Shown here piece by piece: positions 18,057-25,017 of a DNA stretch of 60,735 nt. Below the pieces are notes generated by a model. It did no database searches. It was not told where the DNA came from and saw only the letters and a list, made by a program, of their open reading frames with translations. The stretch lies in IMG/VR virus record IMGVR_UViG_3300042384_000237, positions 1 through 60,735 of that record, one strand, 5' to 3'. Positions within the stretch are counted from its first letter, which is position 1, and every line of letters begins with the position of its first letter. The translations under genes were made by a program, and so were the position numbers. Origin of the DNA: a virus. Taxonomy: Duplodnaviria; Caudoviricetes.

Positions 18057-21017
18057 TTAAGCGAAAGCGTACTCGCTCTCTAATATTAAATTAACATCTA
18101 AAGTGCCCATATCGACACCAGTTAAGTTGCCCTCAATTTCATCCATTATTGGGTATAGAGGATTTTCAGTATAAAGCTCCACGAAGGTTTCTCGGACGAT
18201 CCTGTAGAGCTTTGGCATGTCAGCTAAGAGACATCCATAGCTGTCATGAATTGTTGTAATAGGGAAATCACAACGGTATGTAGTTAAAGCTAAATGCGCT
18301 GCATCTAAACTGTGGATAACATTTGGAGCCGCACCTTGTGCTTGTTTGCCCTTACTAGGTGAAACATCTTCAATAAAACATATTGCTAACTGAAGAGTAT
18401 TGATATAATATCCTGTCGAGACTCTTTCGCCTTTTGGCGGGCCGTATTGAATATATACTCTTTTTACTTTGCCTTCTGTATAATTTTGTATGACTGGAAA
18501 ATTTACAATTGGTACATTCCACTGTAAAAATTCCTCACGCTTCTCAGCATCTCTGCCTGCTCTTTCAAATATAGATAGTAACTGCATAGGTCTTTCTAAT
18601 GATGCCTTACAGTCTTCAAATACAAGCCGGCCCATCCAAGCGCCCCACTTGTGTTCCATATTAATTAATAACTCTATACCATGTTTCTTTGCATCTAAGA
18701 TTTGCTGTTCACCTAATCCATAACTACTACCGCCATCATTATCTTCAGTAAAGATCGTTAAGCTTCACCCGTAAATTTAGTTTTACTATAGATTAGATTG
18801 TAAATTCGCCATACAATTCTAATGATTTTTGTCTTACACATTCCGCAGCTTCTTCTGCAGTTTTAAATAGCCCTAAATACAATTTCTTGCCTTGATACCC
18901 AAGTCTCGCTTGAAACTTACCGTTAGGCGTTGTTAGAACACCTTTATAGCCTGTTGTATTATTTTTAGGAACTTTTGTATTAATTGAATTCTGAGATTGT
19001 GTTGCTAATCTTAAATTTTCAATCCTATTGTTTAAAGGGTCTATACCAATATGATCGATAGTTAAACCCGCTGGAATCGAACCATTATGCCATTCCCAAA
19101 TAACCCTGTGAACCATGTATGTTTTCTGCTTATGTTCAAATTGCAAATATCCTGAACTATTAACAGAGCCTACGTGATTGTGTTGATTGTTACTATAAAG
19201 TCTAATTAATATACCATCTTCGTACTCGTAATATTCTTTCCAATTCATTACTTACTCCTAATAACTAAATTTACTGCTGCATATCACTATGCAGATGAGA
19301 CTATCTCATCACCTCTCTAAGAGGGTGGAATGCGCTTCCCAGGGACTTCCCCAGTACATAATAGTCGTTACACCTTCATCTGAACCATATCTCCCGACAG
19401 TATTCAGTAGCTTGGCTCGGTATTGTCTATGGCGAATAGAGTTTCACCGAATTCACATTCTTTTATTTCCGCTAAGCTTAACGGAAGTGTCATTGTATTA
19501 CGCTTGACAATCTTTCTTCTTTGTTTAATATCTTTAATTCTGTTCCAGAATACAGGTGCAGCATGCGCTCCTATATTCGCCCACTTCAATTTATATGCTC
19601 GAATCTGAGCTACCAATTGATTTCTTACTTCTGATTTTGGTTCTGAAGCTCCAATTCTTTTCTTAAGAGATATCAAACCATCTATAAAGTCTTCGCATTC
19701 CAAGACCATCAATGCCGGCATCTTCTCCATCTCTTGTGTAATCTTCTGCCAGACATGCACTGCTACATAAGAATACAAATCTCCGGGCAACTCTAAAGGC
19801 ACCAAGTTTACATATGGCGCTGTAATCTCATCTCGCGTCAATGCGGACAGATGTTGTGAGCCATTTGTCGAACCATCGATGAAACATTCTAATTGTGATT
19901 GATACTCTAAGTACCTAGTGCCCATCGAGAGTGCATTCCTGAACTCAACACAAGCAGCTAAGAATTGCCACGGCTTATCCGCAGACATCCAGCCTTGATT
20001 CACTTTGGGAGATAGCGCGTAGGACAGTATAATCTCTTCATTATCCATAACCCAATGATACCTATCTTTCATAGGGATCTTGTCTGTCTTAGCTCCATCT
20101 TCACGTCCTGAATTGCCCGACCAGTTGCTAGCAATACTGACGCATAACCAGAAGAAACCTTCTTCACCAATTGCTTTCTTATCTTTTCTTAATAGCAAAC
20201 CCTTAGCGATATCAGAACTTTGTTCATGTAGGTAAGCTGTTGTTGGATATTTACGCCCCCTAAAATCAAGATAATACATATGGTAAAATGGTATATCTAT
20301 AAACTTATCTGCTATTGATAGAATAGCTTTTGTCTCCCGAAGCTTTGTTGTCTTTGCTTGCGGATTTACTTGTTCCCAAATATCTGAGAATGCATCTGTA
20401 TGATTGTTTAATGCCCATTTAGCTAGTGCATATACTTCTGAATTAATACACCATGCTGTCTCTTGAGATTTATTAATTGATCCAAATATTATTGGATGTG
20501 TTTCAGGCGTGAGAAGTGTCGGTATTATCTTACTACCAGTCTTTACCAAGACAGCCCCTGTGTCATGCTTAAATGAAGTCCAGGGCGCATAAGGGGTTTC
20601 AGAAGGGAGCTTGCCCTTTCCGCCTGTCCTAGAGATACTCTCCCAGAGGCCTTGAATAGCGGCATCATCTAATATCTCTATTATATAAGTAGCATGCCCA
20701 TTAGTTGCGGCACCGAGCTTAGCTTCTAACATACCCAGTTCTTGAAAACTATACAGAATAAAAGCTCCAGCTTTTGCGGCTATTGATGAATCTTTCTTTG
20801 AACCTTTTCTAATTGAATGACCAATGACTGAGATAATCTCGGCCATTAGAATTGCCTTATCAGGGCCTCTCTTAGGGCGTGTATAAAGATACACATTAGC
20901 AATTATGTCTTCAATTACTTCAGCAAGCACTATTGTCTTCAAGAATTTTAGAGGAGACTGCGGTGCGATCTCTGCTTGTATTCTTGCTTTTAGTGACTTC
21001 ATCAAAAGTGTTTTCAT
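18057..21017 (-). CDS. T7-like single-subunit RNA polymerase (RNAP-2); exon 1 21017-19481, exon 2 18736-18057, 738 aa after splicing
   Basis: DFRGRKY, DGSTNGSQH (A), RKIVKRNTMTLP|YGG (B, restored by splicing), PNVIHSLDA, TIHDSY (C); exon frames join exactly. Confidence 0.93.
18737..19480 (-). mobile_element. Group I intron (IA2-like), 744 nt, with HNH gene in a P9 extension
   Basis: P1 UUCCGU/GCGGAA with U-G at the 5' splice site; terminal G; P3 GAAUGUG/CGCAUUC; P7 GACUA/UAGUC; P9 with GUGA tetraloop; 12-bp stem enclosing the ORF. Confidence 0.93.
18793..19248 (-). CDS. Intron-encoded HNH homing endonuclease (HNH + AP2-like)
   Basis: VHRVIW...IDHIGIDPLNNRIENLR; NTTGYKGV...YLGLF...YGEF; AGGAG SD. 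Confidence 0.9.
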   Translation of the reverse strand: MNWKEYYEYEDGILIRLYSNNQHNHVGSVNSSGYLQFEHKQKTYMVHRVIWEWHNGSIPAGLTIDHIGIDPLNNRIENLRLATQSQNSINTKVPKNNTTGYKGVLTTPNGKFQARLGYQGKKLYLGLFKTAEEAAECVRQKSLELYGEFTI

Positions 21018-21228
21018 TAGATTCCTTTTTAATACTTGTATTTAAAGCACATGAAAAAAGATATAGTAGAAACAAATTAAGTATTGGCATTTTCCCCACT
21101 ATTTACTAAATGTAATGCAGTGGCCATTAAAACGACTGGCAGGGTCATTCCGAATAAGAGTGTTGCTACATATACTGTTAACGAATAATTAATTGTATTG
21201 TTCATAAGATGAAAAAAATAAGAGGTTA

Positions 21229-21284
21229 ATCCTCCCCAACCTCCTATACACCCCGTTAGGAGCATATAGAAGGTTGAGGAGGAT
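21229..21284 (-). other. 26-bp RNA hairpin (probable RNase III-type processing or terminator element) upstream of RNAP-2
   Basis: Fully paired on the - strand with 5 G-U pairs and a UAAC loop. Confidence 0.7.
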
Positions 21285-21296
21285 AGATTCTTACTT

Positions 21297-21314
21297 TTGA
21301 GCCCGAAGGCTCAA
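21297..21314 (-). other. C(UUCG)G tetraloop hairpin without U-tract
   Basis: TTGAGCC-TTCG-GGCTCAA after the stop of 21327..21716. Confidence 0.6.
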
Positions 21315-21326
21315 CTCTCTTATGAA

Positions 21327-21716
21327 TTAAAAACTTCGGATCTCTTTAAGTAAGGCATAGTCCTTTTTGTCAATATAGATCGGGTGGAGGGACCCACTTA
21401 ACTCTACAATGGGATAAACTGTAATCCCATCTTCTGTGTAACTCTTTAATAAATACAAATCATCAATCTCAAACCTTTTCGCGCCAAACGCATACTCTAC
21501 AGGTTTGTCTTTTCTTTCTTGAGGGAATTGGCCTCTCAATACAATCTCGCCTTTCGACTTAATAAATACTGCTTTCTTTCTAAGATTTTTCTTTATATTC
21601 TTTTCCTCTTCCTCCTTTTCTTTTACAAGAGCTTCATTTGAGCCTTTCATAAATTCTTGAAAGTCATCTGTGAAAAATAAACAAGCAATACCTACAACAA
21701 TTAATAAAGGATTCAT
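21327..21716 (-). CDS. Protein with N-terminal hydrophobic anchor
   Basis: MNPLLIVVGIACLFF; ATGA overlap. Confidence 0.6.
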   Translation of the reverse strand: MNPLLIVVGIACLFFTDDFQEFMKGSNEALVKEKEEEEKNIKKNLRKKAVFIKSKGEIVLRGQFPQERKDKPVEYAFGAKRFEIDDLYLLKSYTEDGITVYPIVELSGSLHPIYIDKKDYALLKEIRSF

Positions 21717-21982
21717 GCGAACATCACCCATATTAATAGCAGTGGAAAACCCACCAGCAGATCGAAGGCGATACTCACCAAATTGATCACTGTACCGATT
21801 GCGGAATAATTTAAAGGTATTGCTGCAAACAATAGCAAGCCTACTGCTGCTGTTGTAACAGCTACAGCTGTGGTTACTTGCAAGATCTCAGCTTCTACCT
21901 GCTTCTCTGCAGCTGTTCTTTGATCTTGAAGCTTTTCTAAAACATACGCAACTGCACCTGCTGCTAAAATTAAAGGAATCAT
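21713..21982 (-). CDS. Small multi-pass membrane protein
   Basis: Two to three hydrophobic segments. Confidence 0.6.
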   Translation of the reverse strand: MIPLILAAGAVAYVLEKLQDQRTAAEKQVEAEILQVTTAVAVTTAAVGLLLFAAIPLNYSAIGTVINLVSIAFDLLVGFPLLLIWVMFA

Positions 21983-22266
21983 TTTGAATCTCCAAATAAA
22001 ACGTTCATTAGGTTGAATACTGCAAGACCGACTATTACACCAGCCACTACAGGATTAAGAAGTATAACTGTGCCTGCCACACTAGCAGAGGCAACCGGTG
22101 TAGCGATGGCTGTTGCGCCAACTTGTAAAGCTACACGTGAAACCACTACTGTGGCTACTTCTGCAATTACTATTGCAGGTTGTGATGCAACATACGCACC
22201 AGCTAAGTAACCAGCTGAAGCTGGAACAACCGCGTCTACTACTGTCATCAATTCACTTCTACTCAT
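21979..22266 (-). CDS. Ala/Val-rich hydrophobic protein (start MSRSELMT)
   Basis: The track start at 22338 lies inside the hammerhead; AAGGGTG SD precedes 22266. Confidence 0.6.
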   Translation of the reverse strand: MSRSELMTVVDAVVPASAGYLAGAYVASQPAIVIAEVATVVVSRVALQVGATAIATPVASASVAGTVILLNPVVAGVIVGLAVFNLMNVLFGDSK

Positions 22267-22287
22267 TTTGTTCACCCTTGTGTGGTT

Positions 22288-22339
22288 AGTGTTTCGTCCT
22301 GGATTGGACTCATCAGTATGGGATTTACCCGTATACACT
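22288..22339 (-). ncRNA. Type III hammerhead ribozyme
   Basis: AGUGUA^UACGGG-UAAAU-CCCAUA-CUGAUGA-GUCC-AAUCCA-GGAC-GAA-ACACU: full core, stems II and III perfect, stem I with one C-A mismatch. Confidence 0.8.
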
Positions 22340-22381
22340 TAAGCACTTTATAGACCTACTCAGGTCTTTACAGCTGTTACT

Positions 22382-22627
22382 TTAAAGTTTGAAACTGAAT
22401 GAATACATGTCTTCTGAATCCTTACATAAGTCATGACCGCTGTGTTGGACCATCATGTAGCCTATCGCCCCAAGGTCTCTCGAGCTTACAGATGCCCGAG
22501 GCATGTCGTCGAGCACAACTGTAACGTCAGCATCATGTCTTCTACCTTTATAAACATTACCATATACTTCAGATTCACTGGTAAGAGTTAATTCTACTAC
22601 TACGCTTGCGATTGTAATTGATTTCAT
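22382..22627 (-). CDS. Hypothetical protein, paralogue of 22649..22900
   Basis: MKSI.IA.VVVELTL...SEV.G.VY.G.R...YSF shared. Confidence 0.7.
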   Translation of the reverse strand: MKSITIASVVVELTLTSESEVYGNVYKGRRHDADVTVVLDDMPRASVSSRDLGAIGYMMVQHSGHDLCKDSEDMYSFSFKL

Positions 22628-22648
22628 TTGATTTACCTTTTAGTTATA

Positions 22649-22900
22649 TTAAAGTTCGATTTTGAATGAATAAACGCCTTTTTCAGATATACGTAGAGCT
22701 GAGCCTTCATGCATCCACATTATATAGCTGGCTTCCCCTGCATCTGTTGAGCTTACTACTGCCCAAGGGCTTTGATCTGGTGGGCATATTACTGTTATTT
22801 CGGAATTGTTTCTCGTCCCTGCATAGACTTGACCTGTTACTTCAGAGTCATTAAGAAGAGTTAATTCTACTACTACACATGCGATTTTAATTGATTTCAT
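22649..22900 (-). CDS. Hypothetical protein, paralogue of 22382..22627
   Basis: Shared sequence and shared leader GGTAAATCAAATG. Confidence 0.7.
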   Translation of the reverse strand: MKSIKIACVVVELTLLNDSEVTGQVYAGTRNNSEITVICPPDQSPWAVVSSTDAGEASYIMWMHEGSALRISEKGVYSFKIEL

Positions 22901-22911
22901 TTGATTTACCC

Positions 22912-23064
22912 TTAGTTAGATTTCATTGCGGCTAACATAGCCTGTACTTTTGCCATCATATCTTCTTGGCCATTATCCATAGCTTTGATGCTTTCATCAT
23001 GTGCAATTCTCATTGCTTCTAATTGTGCATCTACCTTTGCTTGTGCTTGTTCAATAGTGTTCAT
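22912..23064 (-). CDS. 50-aa Met/Ala/Gln-rich helical peptide (MNTIEQAQAKVDAQLEAMR...)
   Basis: Manual translation; AAAGGT SD; first gene after a class I motif. Confidence 0.6.
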   Translation of the reverse strand: MNTIEQAQAKVDAQLEAMRIAHDESIKAMDNGQEDMMAKVQAMLAAMKSN

Positions 23065-23113
23065 TGTGATTTACCTTTATAATTAAATTAAGTTAATTGG
23101 GAGTACCTTATTT

Positions 23114-23144
23114 GTACTTCATATAAGATACCCCCTTTTCCGCG
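23114..23144 (-). promoter_or_regulatory. Class I repeated motif (putative phage RNAP promoter)
   Basis: Identical 20-nt core at 23114-23133. Confidence 0.75.
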
Positions 23145-23145
23145 T

Positions 23146-23361
23146 TTATTTTCTACCCGAACTCAGCTTAGAGTCAAGCATATATTGTGCCATCTTGTTA
23201 TCGAAGTCGCTCAAATCTGGCGCCATATCTTCGTGTGTCTGCTTGATTAAAGCCAACTGATTAACCACACGAGTTTGTGCCACAAGCACATCATCATTAA
23301 TCTCTGTAATGATCTGTAGCCAGTGTAGATACTCTACATAGCTCTTTGTGTAAGGTTTCAT
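23146..23361 (-). CDS. Hypothetical protein (MKPYTKSY...)
   Basis: ORF track frame; ATGA overlap with upstream ORF. Confidence 0.55.
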   Translation of the reverse strand: MKPYTKSYVEYLHWLQIITEINDDVLVAQTRVVNQLALIKQTHEDMAPDLSDFDNKMAQYMLDSKLSSGRK

Positions 23362-23519
23362 TTGTAACTCCGTTGCGATAACGGTTTCCAACCTTTAACT
23401 CTATTATATTCTTTTCTTTCGAGCAAAATATCACGAACGATTTGATAACCAAACGCCACCATAGCAAATAATATCGCATCTGCCGCCAACCCCAATCTCA
23501 CAAATTCTTCTGTACTCAT
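23358..23519 (-). CDS. 53-aa single-TM protein (MSTEEFVRLGLAADAILFAMVAFGY...)
   Basis: Manual translation; ATGA overlaps at both ends. Confidence 0.5.
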   Translation of the reverse strand: MSTEEFVRLGLAADAILFAMVAFGYQIVRDILLERKEYNRVKGWKPLSQRSYK

Positions 23520-23680
23520 TTGTATTCCCCTTCTTTAGGATAACATTCTGCATAATCTGCAGCTTTAATTTGTTTTAACATATGTGACACTGTCGAACAT
23601 TCTTCAATGGATCCAAACTCATAAGTATGAATCTTCGTCCCATTAGGTAAAAATAAAGCAAACACTAATATAAAGCTCAT
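23516..23680 (-). CDS. 54-aa protein with hydrophobic N-terminus and two Cys (MSFILVFALFLPNG...)
   Basis: Manual translation; ATGA overlaps at both ends. Confidence 0.5.
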   Translation of the reverse strand: MSFILVFALFLPNGTKIHTYEFGSIEECSTVSHMLKQIKAADYAECYPKEGEYK

Positions 23681-23973
23681 TTCTTCCAATCTCCTTCTTG
23701 GTAAGACACAATCGGATCGACATAGAGTATCAGCTTATACCAATCTTTATCTAGATGAGGTCTCAAAGCACTCCACGAAGACGCGATCTGACCGCCCCAA
23801 TGAAAGGCATCCCAGTCATAAATAGTCTCCAAACCATCACGGCTTCTGGTATTAGCTGCATCTAAGAATTCAATGATTGTGTTGTAATCATCGGACTCTA
23901 ACTGATCGTATGGAACTAGCGCGTGTCTGCGAATTAAACTGTCTACTAATGTGTTAATTGTTAAATGTATCAT
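23677..23973 (-). CDS. Hypothetical protein (MIHLTINT...)
   Basis: ORF track 23677..24039; ATGA overlap at 23970-23973. Confidence 0.55.
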   Translation of the reverse strand: MIHLTINTLVDSLIRRHALVPYDQLESDDYNTIIEFLDAANTRSRDGLETIYDWDAFHWGGQIASSWSALRPHLDKDWYKLILYVDPIVSYQEGDWKK

Positions 23974-24182
23974 GATCTTCCTACCCATAGTTCTTTGACA
24001 ACAGCGGCTAATTCTTCGGTTGTGTATACTCTTATGCACAATCCAGTGCCCCTTTTAACTACGAATGCCCTCATATTCTCAGGCATGGTGTTCACTATAT
24101 TAGTACTTAAAGCGTCTGCTGTTCCCCGGCCGCCTCTGAATTTACCCTGATCATCATAAAAATGAACTAAATACGTATTCAT
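23970..24182 (-). CDS. Hypothetical protein, first gene of the early block
   Basis: TAAGGA SD; directly downstream of a class I motif. Confidence 0.6.
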   Translation of the reverse strand: MNTYLVHFYDDQGKFRGGRGTADALSTNIVNTMPENMRAFVVKRGTGLCIRVYTTEELAAVVKELWVGRS

Positions 24183-24215
24183 GGTGTTTCCTTAAATTGT
24201 GAGATACCCTTATTG

Positions 24216-24246
24216 GTACTTCATATAAGATACCCTCTTTCCCGCA
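24216..24246 (-). promoter_or_regulatory. Class I repeated motif (putative phage RNAP promoter)
   Basis: Identical 20-nt core at 24216-24235. Confidence 0.75.
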
Positions 24247-24268
24247 ATCCTCTTTAGATAGGATTATT

Positions 24269-24360
24269 AGAGAGGGGATAAAGAGAGGGACTAACTACTA
24301 ACGACTATAGCTTAGGGGTTAATTGGGGGGGGGAGGTCGGAAGGGTTAATTCAACGGGTT
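24269..24360. repeat. G-rich composite repeat, copy 1 (33-bp exact block + G-run + class II motif)
   Basis: AGAGAGGGGATAAAGAGAGGGACTAACTACTAA identical at 24269-24301 and 52234-52266. Confidence 0.85.
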
Positions 24361-24606
24361 CAGACTCAGCCGTTTCACCGTGAGCCAGATTTTCACCGAC
24401 AGTCACCATTGTGGAACCAGAAACCGGGGTACACGGCATTTTTAGCGGTGCCTGACCCGACAGTGATGCCCCACTTTTCCGTGCCGCAGAGTGCCAGATT
24501 TGACCCCGTCCCGCAGCCCACGAACGGCGAGGACTCCCGGAATCTCTCCAGAAACATACCCACACGCCACGCAAAATCTGACCCATTACTCTCGTATGGC
24601 CTGCGT

Positions 24607-24636
24607 AAAAAACGCCCCAACATTGCTGTCAGGGCG
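24607..24636 (-). terminator. Rho-independent terminator ending the structural operon
   Basis: CGCCCTGACA-GCAA-TGTTGGGGCG-TTTTTT. Confidence 0.85.
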
Positions 24637-24641
24637 GTATA

Positions 24642-24824
24642 CTACTGTGGATCTTTGGATGTGATACTACCGCCGCCCAAAACGGCAACTGATAACGCGA
24701 GTAAGCTATCCATTTCTTCGGGTGTCAATACCAACACTTTAAATGAACTTAAAATAGCTAATGTAGCTGAGATGATACCGAACCATGTAGATGGCTCTTT
24801 TAATCTGGATGTGATATAACTCAT
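24642..24824 (-). CDS. Putative holin / small two-TM membrane protein
   Basis: RLKEPSTW followed by two hydrophobic segments; last late gene. Confidence 0.6.
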   Translation of the reverse strand: MSYITSRLKEPSTWFGIISATLAILSSFKVLVLTPEEMDSLLALSVAVLGGGSITSKDPQ

Positions 24825-25009
24825 AATAGAATAACTCCTGGGTTTTCTGGATATTTAAAAAATGATGGTCCGGGTGCTAATACATATTTAATTTCCGGAT
24901 TGGGATCTTTGATTTCGAAATTTGCAATATTAGGAGGCTCTTCTGAAACACCATCCCATTCTTGAATGAACTGCCCACCCACTCCGTCTGTGAAATATAA
25001 TTTATACAT
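24821..25009 (-). CDS. Hypothetical protein (MYKLYFTDG...)
   Basis: Internal start with TAAGGA SD in track ORF 24821..25099. Confidence 0.5.
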   Translation of the reverse strand: MYKLYFTDGVGGQFIQEWDGVSEEPPNIANFEIKDPNPEIKYVLAPGPSFFKYPENPGVILL

Positions 25010-25017
25010 AATTTTCC

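Noticed and set aside
18057-21017. RNAP-2 as an N4-RNAPII-like two-subunit enzyme or a pseudogene
   Set aside because: Intron boundaries and core helices are recognisable, and splicing restores motif B in frame
21077-21265. 62-aa hydrophobic ORF
   Set aside because: TTG-like/weak start inside the 26-bp hairpin with no SD; better explained as non-coding leader, though not excluded
24305-24819. Overlapping ORFs 24305..24586, 24393..24623, 24409..24819
   Set aside because: They arise from the stop-poor GC-rich island, cross a terminator and repeats, and have atypical composition
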